Of a stretch of DNA of 64,000 nt, positions 29,911 through 39,741 are shown one piece after another. The stretch covers positions 2,080,001 through 2,144,000 of the forward strand of contig OZ244905.1 of the NCBI GenBank assembly GCA_965221695.1, given 5' to 3'. A program made the translations under genes and the position numbers. The notes beneath the pieces are model-generated. The model searched no databases, was not told where the DNA came from, and saw nothing but the letters and a program-made list of their open reading frames with translations. The stretch comes from Gammaproteobacteria bacterium (GTDB lineage Bacteria; Pseudomonadota; Gammaproteobacteria; Eutrophobiales; Eutrophobiaceae). The stretch's first letter is position 1. Each line of letters starts with the position of its first letter.

Positions 29911-30958
29911 ATGGCTCCACAACAAATAGGCAAGCGGATCAAAGCGCTTCGCGACAAGCGCGGACTTTCCCAGGACGAACTTGCGCGTGAGTTCGGCTTC
30001 AAAGACCGACAAACCCTATCCGCCATTGAGACCGGGGTTCGCCGCGTGACCGCAGAAGAACTTGTGCTTGCAGTCGAAATACTGGAAGCGGCACTCGGGA
30101 GTCGAACCAGCGAAACTCAATGAGTATGAACGCGATGCAAGCCGCTGGATAGCAGCATATCGCACGCTGGCACCATAGGTCGGACGTGATACTCCACTGA
30201 TGCGCCAGGCGCTGGGTCTGACCCGCCACTCGAGTTTTGAAGATGCCGCGTTTATCGGCGAACGGTTTGTAACCAAGTTCAAACTTGGCGACACGCCGGC
30301 AATGCGTCTTGCCGAAATCATGCAGCAGGAGCTGGACATCCTGGTACTCATGGTCGATACCTGCGAGGGTATTTCCGGCGCGGCTTGCCGCCTGCCTGAC
30401 CTGGATACCGTCCTGATTGCGCGCCATGAGATCGAGGGGCGCCGCCATTTCGATCTCGCGCACGAGTTGTTTCACATCCTCACCTGGGATGTTATGCCGC
30501 CTGAGCATTATGAAGAAATACTGGAAACCGGCGGCAATCGGGTGGAACAGCTTGCCAACAGCTTCGCTTCTGCGCTATTGATGCCAAGTGCGGTCTTGGA
30601 AAAATACGGGGATTGGTCGAGCTTGGCAGAAAACGAACTTATCGCAAAGCTCAACACCGTGGCGGACGAATTGCGCGTCACCTCTTCGGCACTACGCTGG
30701 CGACTGGTTACGCTCGGTAAACTGAAACCAGCCGTGGCGCGCGCCTTGCCAGACGCCGCTTTGCGCAACAATGGCCGCAAAGTCGCGGCGGACGAGCCTC
30801 CACCCCTGTTTTCCAAACCATTCACCGAAGTCCTGGGGCTTGCCATTCAGCAAGGAATTGTATCGGTGCGTCGCGTAGCCGGATTGCTAAATCTTACCGT
30901 GGACGATCTGGCGGATTTATTCGCCGCGCACGGCGTCGACTGTGCTATCGAGTTGTGA
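29911..30958 (+). pseudogene. XRE-HTH + ImmA/IrrE metallopeptidase fusion, frameshifted
   Basis: HTH (LSQDELA...TLSAIETG), frameshift near 30097, in-frame TAG near 30176, then AHELFH peptidase domain. Confidence 0.8.
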
Positions 30959-30964
30959 AACGTG

Positions 30965-31006
30965 ATGGCGCGACACCAGGGCACCGTACTCGCAGATACG
31001 AATGTC
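30965..31006 (+). pseudogene. PIN-domain N-terminal remnant
   Basis: MARHQGTVLADTNV, then abruptly ends; directly follows the ImmA pseudogene. Confidence 0.55.
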
Positions 31007-31023
31007 GATAACTTTAGTCTCAA

Positions 31024-31554
31024 CTAAGACAGTTTGAAGGATACGGGTTGGTCGGATGGATCAGTCGGTTTATAAATCTGAAGGCGATTTTGGATTTCTG
31101 AATCAGGCAATCGGCATCTTGAGTGAGCTGCGATCTTTTGCAGGCCAACATACAAATCGTCACCACCCACAATGCCTTGAGCCAACATCTGATCGAACAG
31201 CCACAAAACACCGTGGCAAGCGACATCCTCTTCCTTGGCGAGCTTGCGCAATCTTCCATCGCCGGAGAGCAATGTCCAAGAGTTAGTCTTTGCCAAGCTG
31301 AGAGCGAAGCTGTCGGGCAGGGAAAGTGTCGGATCATCACGACGGTAACTCATAGCGAGTGAAACCGCATTACCATCAAGTTCCTCAATCCGAAGTCCAA
31401 GTCCGAGCAGTTCCGGCCCACCATATTCTTTAAGTTCGCGTTCATAAAGCAAATCAGGAACGGCAAAGCCGAAATCCAGACGAAAAACTTGCCTCAGAAG
31501 TTCGCCACGCTCAAGGTCGATAAGAACCGAAGTATCCGACACCAGGACATTCAC
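31024..31554 (-). CDS. PIN-domain protein (DUF3368-like)
   Basis: VSDTSVLID, ERE, SLPDSFAL, LLSGDGRLR; 4-bp overlap with the upstream gene. Confidence 0.85.
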   Translation of the reverse strand: MNVLVSDTSVLIDLERGELLRQVFRLDFGFAVPDLLYERELKEYGGPELLGLGLRIEELDGNAVSLAMSYRRDDPTLSLPDSFALSLAKTNSWTLLSGDGRLRKLAKEEDVACHGVLWLFDQMLAQGIVGGDDLYVGLQKIAAHSRCRLPDSEIQNRLQIYKPTDPSDQPVSFKLS

Positions 31555-32648
31555 TGGGCATGGGCTTCGTCAGCAGCGGCCTTTATAGCGGGAGGCTCAT
31601 CCATCAGGCGATTCAACTCGCGTGCGGAGATACCGAGTAATTCGGCAGCCTTGGCTTCGGATATTGCACCTTCCGACAAGGCGCGAAAACACAGCCGTTC
31701 GAACCGCGAGGGTTGCTCTCCGGGCATGGCATACGGCTCCTGGTATGGAGGGTTGCGCCATCCAAGGCGATCGAATTCGTTGAACAGATGCCGAAAGAGG
31801 GAAGTGTCGAAGATCCCAAGATCCTTGCAACGGTAGGTCAGGGCCTGAACACTCACGCCAAATAACCTCTTGAGATCGAACAGCTCACCCCAGCCGATGG
31901 ACTTGCGGTGTTTGCCCATCTCAGCCCGCAACGTCTCAGCCGGCATTAAGAACGCGCCGGCGAAGCGATGCGCGGCTTTTTCTCCATCAACCTTCGGCGC
32001 TGGCTCAAGGGCCATATGGCCGAGTTCATGCGCGAGGGTGAAACGCTGACGCTCGCCCCAATCGTCCTGGTTCACAACCACAACCGACGCGACGCGCTTG
32101 TCTTCGCGGCGCACGCGCGCGGCAAGCCCCTCGATGTTGGGAAGACTCATTGTGAACACCTTGATTCCGCGCTCTTCCAGAAGTTCGACCAAGTTCGGGA
32201 TAGGATCAAGTCCGAGATTCCAATGAACTCGCATGCCATACGCAGCCTGCTCTGCTTCGGCGGGGTCGCGCAGCACCGGCCAGGGCGCATCACGTGGTAT
32301 ATCCCAGGCAACGGTAGGCAATCCCAAGATTTCCTCAACTGTCAGATAACGTTCCAGCAGACGCAGGATGTTAGCCTCGACCTGTGCCTCATCACGACGA
32401 CTGGTTAGCCGCTTCTTTCGGAAATCAACGGCTTCCAGGCGAATGTCACTACTGCTTATCAGGTAGTCAATGGGCACATTGAGCGCATCGGAAAGCGCGA
32501 TGAGCACGCCGGAACTCGGCACGGACTCATCATGCTCGTACTTGCTGATCGCCTGCGCCGTCACCCGGTTGCCAATTCTGGCTGACAAATCCCGAAGTGA
32601 CAAACCGGAAGCACGGCGTGAAACCATTATGCGTTGGCCTAAACTCAT
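31551..32648 (-). CDS. XRE-HTH + ImmA/IrrE Zn-metallopeptidase fusion
   Basis: GLSLRDL...AQAISKYE HTH; RQRFTLAHELGH; A.RFAGAFLMP; FGVS. Confidence 0.9.
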   Translation of the reverse strand: MSLGQRIMVSRRASGLSLRDLSARIGNRVTAQAISKYEHDESVPSSGVLIALSDALNVPIDYLISSSDIRLEAVDFRKKRLTSRRDEAQVEANILRLLERYLTVEEILGLPTVAWDIPRDAPWPVLRDPAEAEQAAYGMRVHWNLGLDPIPNLVELLEERGIKVFTMSLPNIEGLAARVRREDKRVASVVVVNQDDWGERQRFTLAHELGHMALEPAPKVDGEKAAHRFAGAFLMPAETLRAEMGKHRKSIGWGELFDLKRLFGVSVQALTYRCKDLGIFDTSLFRHLFNEFDRLGWRNPPYQEPYAMPGEQPSRFERLCFRALSEGAISEAKAAELLGISARELNRLMDEPPAIKAAADEAHAQ

Positions 32649-32665
32649 TATTCTCCCATACTTTA

Positions 32666-32705
32666 TAGTTGATAAATATCACATATGAGAAATATTTGTC
32701 AACTA
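32666..32705. promoter_or_regulatory. Palindromic operator in the divergent promoter region
   Basis: tagttgataaatat-N12-atatttgtcaacta (1 mismatch in 14 bp). Confidence 0.7.
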
Positions 32706-32777
32706 ACGGGTTGAAAACTGTTGCTACATCCCCATCATTTATGAAATGACATATATTACTTATTAGAGATTACTACC

Positions 32778-33938
32778 ATGACTGCTCAGATTTTGTTTTT
32801 TTCCGTCGGAAATGGCGATATGACCTTCATCAAGACAGAGGAAGGCCGAAGAATATTGATCGATATGAACATTCGGTCCGCCGCGGATGATCTCAATGAT
32901 GATACTCCCGACGTTGCAGCGAAGCTACGAAAAAACCTCGTGCGCGACGATGCGGGAAGGCTTTATATCGATGCGTTGCTTATCAGCCACCCTGACGAAG
33001 ACCATTGTCGCGGTTTGCGCAAGCACTTCCACCTCGGACCGCCTGGTAAATGGTCAAAATCAACGGATAAGATACTTATCAGGGAGGTATGGTCTTCGCC
33101 GATGGTATTCCGTAGAGCATCACGACAGCATATCCTATGCGACGATGCAAAAGCTTTTAACACCGAAGCAAAGCGTCGTGTAAGGGTATTTAGGGATACA
33201 CCTAATATAGTAGGAGGTGGCAACCGCATCCTCATACTTGGAGAGGACGAGGATGGCAAAACAGATGACCTCCGTCAGATTCTTGTGCCCTTGGATCATC
33301 CGTTCTCGCAAGTCAACGGGCAACATGACGAATCAATGACTGCCCTTTTGCTCGCTCCATTACCGGCCGACGATGACGATGAAGAAGAGGTCATGTCAAA
33401 GAACAATTCCAGCACGATATTGCGGTTTTCTCTTGTTGGAAACGGGAAAGCAGAGAAATGCCGTTTCCTTACTGGAGGAGATGCTGGGGTCGTGATCTGG
33501 GACAAGCTCTGGCTTCGCCATTCCAAGCATATAGACTCTTTGTCCTACGACATTCTGCTCTCCCCGCACCACTGCTCTTGGCATAGTTTGTCGCACGATA
33601 GCTGGAGCGAGTTGGGCGAAAACGCAAAGGTTTCCAACGATGCGCTCAATGCCCTCTCGCAAGCTCGCAGCGGAGCCACGATTGTCGCCAGCAGCAAACC
33701 GATCAAGAACGACAACAATGACCCACCATGCATTCGGGCCAAGCGCGAGTACGAAAAGATCGTGGAAAAAGTATCAGGACGATTCGAATGTGTCGGTGAA
33801 CACCAATCCGCAAGAACTTCGGGTGTCTTGGAATTCGAAGTCGGCGCAAACGGTATTCGCTTAGTGACCTCTATGATGGCCCCCCGCATAGTGTCAGGTT
33901 CCGGGACCATCGGTCGGCAGCCCCATTCGCACGGCTAG
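32778..33938 (+). CDS. Metallo-beta-lactamase-fold (ComEC-like) hydrolase with a Gly-terminated tail
   Basis: VGNGD, SHPDEDH, NNSS, GGDA, PHHCS; ends ...GSGTIGRQPHSHG*. Confidence 0.85.
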   Translation: MTAQILFFSVGNGDMTFIKTEEGRRILIDMNIRSAADDLNDDTPDVAAKLRKNLVRDDAGRLYIDALLISHPDEDHCRGLRKHFHLGPPGKWSKSTDKILIREVWSSPMVFRRASRQHILCDDAKAFNTEAKRRVRVFRDTPNIVGGGNRILILGEDEDGKTDDLRQILVPLDHPFSQVNGQHDESMTALLLAPLPADDDDEEEVMSKNNSSTILRFSLVGNGKAEKCRFLTGGDAGVVIWDKLWLRHSKHIDSLSYDILLSPHHCSWHSLSHDSWSELGENAKVSNDALNALSQARSGATIVASSKPIKNDNNDPPCIRAKREYEKIVEKVSGRFECVGEHQSARTSGVLEFEVGANGIRLVTSMMAPRIVSGSGTIGRQPHSHG

Positions 33939-33946
33939 CTCTGAAT

Positions 33947-36223
33947 ATGGCCCGGAGCGAAATTAAACAGGAGCTTCGGCGCGCTCTGGTCTTGATCCGC
34001 GCACACCCGGCTGTTAAAGCGTGTAGCGCACCAAAGACCAATGGGATGAGCGATACCATCACGGTCGATGTGACTTTCAACGTTGAACTACCCAGCGAGT
34101 GGCGGCGCCTAGGTAGAAGCCCTTTTGGTATCATGCTTCAAGAGGAAGTACGAATTGTGTTTCCAAATGGATTTCCCTTGGAGCCGCCTGAATTTTCGTT
34201 GCGAGCGGACTTCAATCGGAATCTCCCTCATATGCAACCGTGGTTGTCAGATGGCCGTCCTGTCCCTTGTATCTACCGCGGTGACCTGGCCGAGTTGCTA
34301 CAGCGAGAGGGACTGGCTGCTATTCTCAACCAGATGGCAATTTGGCTCGAACGCGCTGCCCTTGGTACTTTGATCGATCCGGATCAGGGTTGGGAACCGG
34401 TGCTTCGTGATTCGTTTGCGGACATCCTGGTCGCAGATGCAGCATTTTTACAGGACTTAGTAGACCGGCGAGGAGGTCATCGGTTCGTAAAGATGAAGTA
34501 TATTAAGTCGACTACTGACGATGGTTCACCGCTCCTGCAAGGGCAAATCATTAATGACATCGCTCCGGTGAATCGTCAGACAATTTGCGGTTATTTTAAT
34601 ACGATGGAGGTCACTAACGAGCGCATGGTGAGTTATGGCCAGTCGCTGGCGTTGGTAGTTTGGCCAGGCAAACATCCTTCGGGAAAGCCAGTCATCAATG
34701 ACACATATCTCCCTGAGACGGTGAAAAATGTTAAGGGTCTCAGGGTACGAGCTGAGGGGTACGCATGCAGACAACAACTAGATGCTGGTCTAAACCAATT
34801 GAGAACCTGCATGCCCGCGCTGCGATCGTCGGGACCACACACGTTGGCGGTCATCCTATTGGTGCGTCGGCCATTTCCCATCATTGGAAGCAAGAGCCCA
34901 ATTGAACTTTGTCCGTATGTTATGGAAGTTTGGTTCCCGCAACTGTTCGCCAACGGTGAAGCTACGGCTGTTCGCGCGGCTGCTCAACGCAATGCCATTT
35001 CCCAAGATTTGCTTGCCCAAATGGCAGGACTGAATTCGGGAGACGAAGCTCTCTCATGGACACTCGTCGGCGCGGGTAGTCTGGGCTCTAAAATCGCGCT
35101 TCATCTGGCGAGAACTGGAAACGGTCCGAATGTCGTCGTTGATAAGTCTATAATGTCGCCACACAACGCGGCTCGTCACGCTCTTGTGCCAACTCCCGAT
35201 GGATTACAGGTGACCTGGACCGATATGAAAGCGCGGATATTGTCGCAAGCGTTGCAAGGTCTTAACCAAACAGCTATCCCAATCTCGGAAGATGCGATGC
35301 AAATATTGACAACCGGAAAGAACACCCAAGGGGCTTGGTCGAAAAAGACCTGGGCGGTATTGAACGCGACAGCATCTCATGTGGTTCGTGAGGCTTTCGG
35401 AGCGAGCAACAACATACCCACACGGGTTATCGAGGTATCGTTATTCGCTGGCGGGAAGATAGGAATAGTTGCAGTAGAAGGCCCGCACCGGAATCCGTCT
35501 ACCATCGATCTGATAGCAGAGTTCTACGGTATTCTGAAAGAGCAGCCAAAGCTCGCATCGATCGTCTTCGACCGCGATGCTTCAGTATCACGCCAAGCCA
35601 CCGGACAAGGATGTGGTTCACTCACGATGAGCATGTCGGACGCAAGGCTCTCGCTGTTCGCAGCCGGAATGTCGGAATATCTCCTGTCCCGGCAGCAAAA
35701 AGGGCTACCGGAAGATGGAGGTGAAATCCTCATCGGCCAATTGACTCAAGACGGACTTGGTCTGACTTGGCATACCTACCGAACACCCGCAGTAGTCGTG
35801 GTTCAGACGGACAAAGGAGAAGCTTGGAGCATTCATATTCACCCTCGGGCACGCTTAAAGATACAGCAAGAGATGTCCCGCTGGCATGAAGTAGAAACAG
35901 GCGGCGTACTCATGGGAAGGCTTTCAGAGACAGCGCGGGTGGCGCATGTCGTGGATGTGTTAGAACCACCGGATGACAGTCGTCGTGCGACTGAAGAGTT
36001 TGTTCTAGGAAAGACAGGATTATCCAAAAGGCTACAGGAATACTCGGAGACTGTCGGCTGGTCGCTACACTGCCTCGGAACTTGGCACAGCCATGTCTCT
36101 GAGGGCGGACCGTCCAGAAAAGATCGAGCTACAGCAAAAGAAGTGGCATTCGCTCGGTTGACGCCCTCTTTTTTCCTGATCGTAACCCCTGCAGGCTTCC
36201 ACGCGATCATGGCCAGTGGATAA
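33947..36223 (+). CDS. E2 - E1(ThiF) - JAB fusion protein (Cap2/Cap3-like)
   Basis: E2: FP..PP, LPH, PCIY; E1: VGAGSLGS, D....HN.ARH, GQGCGS; JAB: ETGG, WHSH....PS..D. Confidence 0.9.
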   Translation: MARSEIKQELRRALVLIRAHPAVKACSAPKTNGMSDTITVDVTFNVELPSEWRRLGRSPFGIMLQEEVRIVFPNGFPLEPPEFSLRADFNRNLPHMQPWLSDGRPVPCIYRGDLAELLQREGLAAILNQMAIWLERAALGTLIDPDQGWEPVLRDSFADILVADAAFLQDLVDRRGGHRFVKMKYIKSTTDDGSPLLQGQIINDIAPVNRQTICGYFNTMEVTNERMVSYGQSLALVVWPGKHPSGKPVINDTYLPETVKNVKGLRVRAEGYACRQQLDAGLNQLRTCMPALRSSGPHTLAVILLVRRPFPIIGSKSPIELCPYVMEVWFPQLFANGEATAVRAAAQRNAISQDLLAQMAGLNSGDEALSWTLVGAGSLGSKIALHLARTGNGPNVVVDKSIMSPHNAARHALVPTPDGLQVTWTDMKARILSQALQGLNQTAIPISEDAMQILTTGKNTQGAWSKKTWAVLNATASHVVREAFGASNNIPTRVIEVSLFAGGKIGIVAVEGPHRNPSTIDLIAEFYGILKEQPKLASIVFDRDASVSRQATGQGCGSLTMSMSDARLSLFAAGMSEYLLSRQQKGLPEDGGEILIGQLTQDGLGLTWHTYRTPAVVVVQTDKGEAWSIHIHPRARLKIQQEMSRWHEVETGGVLMGRLSETARVAHVVDVLEPPDDSRRATEEFVLGKTGLSKRLQEYSETVGWSLHCLGTWHSHVSEGGPSRKDRATAKEVAFARLTPSFFLIVTPAGFHAIMASG

Positions 36224-37032
36224 GGGGACAGAGGGCCTGGGAATATGTTGAATGTGTTGACTTACCTGCTCGACCCATATGAGCGAAAGGCGAGGCACTA
36301 CCCTGCGCTGCTGTGTGGACTACCCTTATTGGTATCGGTCGTGCTGTTGATTCCCGAATTTGGCGCGGTGTGGGGAGCTATTGGTGGGTTCGCTATTTTT
36401 TGCGGCGGTACGACTTTTCTGGCCCAGATCACCCGGGACCGGGGAAAGACTATGGAGCCTAAACTGTATGCATTGTGGGGTGGCAAACCATCTGTAGCCA
36501 TGTTACGCCATGCCGACTCACGACTTAACCCGTCGACGAAGAACCGCTACAGAACATTCTTGCAACGGGTTGTGCCCGAATTGACGCTGGCTTCTGTCGA
36601 GGAGGAACAGGCAAACTCCAAAGGTGCTGATCAGGGATATGAAAGCACTATCTCGTGGCTACTGGCCAGGACGAGAGATCGTGAGCGCTTTGGACTCCTG
36701 TTTCGAGAAAACATCAACTATGGCTTTCGCCGAAATATCTGGGCACTCAAACCTTGGGCATTTGCCATGGAAGCGATCGCTTTGGTCATTATTGGGATAT
36801 CGGTCCTCGAATTGTGGACGGGAGAGTTCTTGGCTTCGATCCAGATGCTCGGTATGGAAACGTGGGCGAGTCTCATACTCACAATAATCCATGTATTGTT
36901 CTTCACATTCAGAATTAACAATGAGTGGGTTGCGTATTTCACTGAATCCTGCCACCCGTTTCACGTGAAGGCTGCCACCCGGAACGCAGCAAAGCTGCCA
37001 CCCCCCGGCGCGTGATGACGTGGGTATTGTCA

Positions 37033-37791
37033 TTATGACTCTGTTGGGGTCATGGCCGTCAATGTTTTTTTCTGTTTTCGCATGGATTCTCCCTTGAGGT
37101 TGATTTTATACGCATTGTGTACCAGGCGGTCGAGGATGGCATCGGCGAGTGTGGGGTCGCCGATCATGGCGTGCCATTTTTCGACCGGCAGTTGACTGGT
37201 TGCCAGAGTGGAGTGTGCGCCGTGGCGGTCTTCGAGGATTTCGAGCAGGTCGCGGCGATGTTCGGTGGTCAACTTGACCAGTCCCCAGTCATCAAGGATG
37301 AGGAGTTGTGTTCTGGCCAGGGTGTGGATGAGTTTGGGGTAGCGCCCATCGCCTTTGGCAATAGTGAGGTCCTGGAGGAGTCGGGGCAGGCGCAGGTAGA
37401 GGGCGGTGTAGCCGGTCCGGCAGGCGCTGTGCGCCAGGGCGCAGGCGAGCCAGGTTTTCCCGACGCCGGTGGGGCCGGTGATGAGGATATTGAGGTGGTC
37501 ACAGAGCCATTGGCAGGTGGCCAGGGATTGCATCAGGGCTTTATCCAGTCCGCGCGGGTGGAGGTAATCGATGTTCTCGATGGTGGCCTGGTGTTTGAGT
37601 CGGGCGCGTCGCAGTCGGCTGGCGGTGCGCCGGTTGTGGCGCTCGGTGAGTTCCCGGTCGACGAGCAGGCCGAGGCGTTCCTCGAAGGTCAGGGCGTCGA
37701 TATCGGGCAGGGCCATTTGCTCGGTGAGGGCGGCCGCCATCCCGGTGCATTTCAGGGTGTGGAGTTTGTCCAGGGTTGGATGTGTCAGCAT
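37033..37791 (-). CDS. istB: IS21 helper ATPase
   Basis: GPTGVGKT, LLILDDWG, ADAILDRLVH. Confidence 0.95.
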   Translation of the reverse strand: MLTHPTLDKLHTLKCTGMAAALTEQMALPDIDALTFEERLGLLVDRELTERHNRRTASRLRRARLKHQATIENIDYLHPRGLDKALMQSLATCQWLCDHLNILITGPTGVGKTWLACALAHSACRTGYTALYLRLPRLLQDLTIAKGDGRYPKLIHTLARTQLLILDDWGLVKLTTEHRRDLLEILEDRHGAHSTLATSQLPVEKWHAMIGDPTLADAILDRLVHNAYKINLKGESMRKQKKTLTAMTPTES

Positions 37792-37810
37792 AGCGCTCTC
37801 CTGTTGTGGG

Positions 37811-39352
37811 TTAGTGGTAATAGGTCGGACCACGGATATTGTCGTGCGCCGCGGGGAGCTCCATCTCGGTCTGCTCGGTCAGGGGTTGGTTGTCGAGGCC
37901 GTGGCGGAGGATGGATTCGATACTCTTGTAGCTGTGGCTGCCCAGGGTCAGAGCGCGTCGGCAGGCGGCGTTGAGCCGGTCATTGCCGTAGGTGTTACTC
38001 AGGCGCAGGATTCCCAGACAACTCCGGTAGGCTTGCTGGGGGTGTTTGCGGGCCGTCAGCCGCTGGCGGACCAGCCGTGCCGTGGCCGCACCGATACGGA
38101 CGGCCCAACGTTCCAGGCGTTGCGGGGACCACTCGCCGGCCTGCCGGTGTGCCTCGGGCATATGGGCCGGGACGGTGGTATGGCGGCCTTTATGGTGTGT
38201 GCGCCGATGGCTGGCGATGCGCTGGTTGCGGTAGAAGCACTCAATGGTGTTGGCGGTGATGCGCACCTCCACCTGTTTTTTAATAAACGCATGCGGCACT
38301 GAGTAGTAATGGCCGTGCACCTCGACGTGATAATCAATATGGACCCGGGCCTGCTTCCACTCGGCGTACTCATACGCATCGACCGGCAAGGGGCGCAGGG
38401 CCGGTTTATCCAGTTGCGCAAACAGGGCGCACCGACTGCCCGGCAGTTTCCTGAAGGGGCGCCGGTTGAGCCGCACCAGCAACTCGCCTATGGCCCGGTT
38501 CAACTCGGCCAGGGAGAAGCACTGACGGTGACGCAACGCAGCCAGGATCCAGCGCTCCACCACCTGCACCCCGACCTCGGCTTTCGCCTTATCCCGGGGC
38601 CGGCGCACCCGCGCCGGAATGATGGCCACCCCGTAATGCGTGGCCAGGTCCTGGTAGGTGGGGTTGATGTCCGGCTCATACCGATGCGCCTTACTCACCC
38701 CGGCGCGCAAATTGTCCGGCACCACCACCTCCGGCACACCGTCCAAGTAGGTAAAACAGCGTACATGCGCGCCGATCCAGTCTGCCAGACCCTGGGTCCA
38801 GGTGGCCTCAGCATAGGTGTAGTTCGATGCGCCCAGCACCGCCACGAAGATGTTTGCCTCTCGCACTGCCCCGGTTACCCGGTCGATAACCTGGGCATGC
38901 ATCCCGGCATAATCTACGAACAGCTTCTCACCGGCATGGTGGGTCTGGCGCATGACCAGGTCCAGCTTGCCGGCCCAGGCCCGGTACTGTTGGCAGAACC
39001 AGGTATACTGGTAGCCGTGCGGATGAGTCCGACGATATTCCTGCCACAGCAGCATCAACGTCACGCCCGGACGTTTCAGTTCCCGGTGCACAGCCGCCCA
39101 ATCGGGCACCCCGCGCGCCCTAGCCGGCTGGACCGGCGGGGGCGGAAACAGCAGGCGATCCAGTGCCCTGTCATCCAACTCAACCGGCAACGGCCAATGC
39201 AGCCCGGCCGCCTCAGCCCGGCGCAGGTATTCATTTACCGCCGGACGGGATATGCCACAACTCCTGGCCGTTTGGCGTTTGCTCAGGCCCTGGCCCCAGC
39301 ACAAGCGTAATACGTCTTTTATCTTTCTCATGGACAACCTCTTTGCAGGCAT
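37811..39352 (-). CDS. istA: IS21 DDE transposase
   Basis: N-terminal [22 protein letters not shown]. Confidence 0.95.
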   Translation of the reverse strand: MPAKRLSMRKIKDVLRLCWGQGLSKRQTARSCGISRPAVNEYLRRAEAAGLHWPLPVELDDRALDRLLFPPPPVQPARARGVPDWAAVHRELKRPGVTLMLLWQEYRRTHPHGYQYTWFCQQYRAWAGKLDLVMRQTHHAGEKLFVDYAGMHAQVIDRVTGAVREANIFVAVLGASNYTYAEATWTQGLADWIGAHVRCFTYLDGVPEVVVPDNLRAGVSKAHRYEPDINPTYQDLATHYGVAIIPARVRRPRDKAKAEVGVQVVERWILAALRHRQCFSLAELNRAIGELLVRLNRRPFRKLPGSRCALFAQLDKPALRPLPVDAYEYAEWKQARVHIDYHVEVHGHYYSVPHAFIKKQVEVRITANTIECFYRNQRIASHRRTHHKGRHTTVPAHMPEAHRQAGEWSPQRLERWAVRIGAATARLVRQRLTARKHPQQAYRSCLGILRLSNTYGNDRLNAACRRALTLGSHSYKSIESILRHGLDNQPLTEQTEMELPAAHDNIRGPTYYH

Positions 39353-39741
39353 CTGCGGTTCCTCCTTTCAATTGAAACAAGGACACAGGATACCTGTGGT
39401 TATCCACGTCAGACGCGCCGGCTATCTACCTCCTTGGGGGTGGCAGCTTTGCCGTGTAATGGGTGGCAGCTTTCGTGTGAAATGGGTGGCAGCTTTGCCG
39501 TGTAATCGGTGGCAGCTTTGCTGTGAAATACGCAAGTGGGTTCGGATCGCTGCTGAAACCTACGCTCGGCAGCTTCTTTCGACATGTGATTTGCTTGAGG
39601 ACGGTCATGAGGTTTGATCAGGTCAGTGCTCCCAGCAAAATCGGCAATGAAACAAACCTGAAACCAAACGACATTTTCTAGACGTTTTTCGTAATTGATG
39701 TGTAAGATTGATCTTATTTTGTAAATTAGGAGACCTCGTTA

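Larger units (their letters stand above)
36931..39534 (-). mobile_element. IS21-family insertion sequence (2604 bp)
   Basis: Terminal IR TGCGTATTTCAC/GTGAAATACGCA, multiple subterminal CTGCCACC repeats, 7-bp TSD AGTGGGT (36924-30, 39535-41), istA-istB. Confidence 0.95.
36245..39617 (+). pseudogene. Four-TM membrane protein interrupted by IS21
   Basis: Joining 36245-36930 to 39542-39617 restores a 253-aa frame (...NNEWV|RIAAETYARQLLSTCD...*). Confidence 0.85.

Noticed and set aside
32778-36223. Canonical type II CBASS or Bil/ISG15-like system
   Set aside because: No CD-NTase motifs and no ubiquitin-like gene; the partner is an MBL-fold protein.
37117-39310. Long plus-strand ORFs (285, 243 and 333 aa)
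   Set aside because: Antisense shadows of GC-rich istA/istB with no recognisable motifs; the same applies to most alternative ORFs over core genes.
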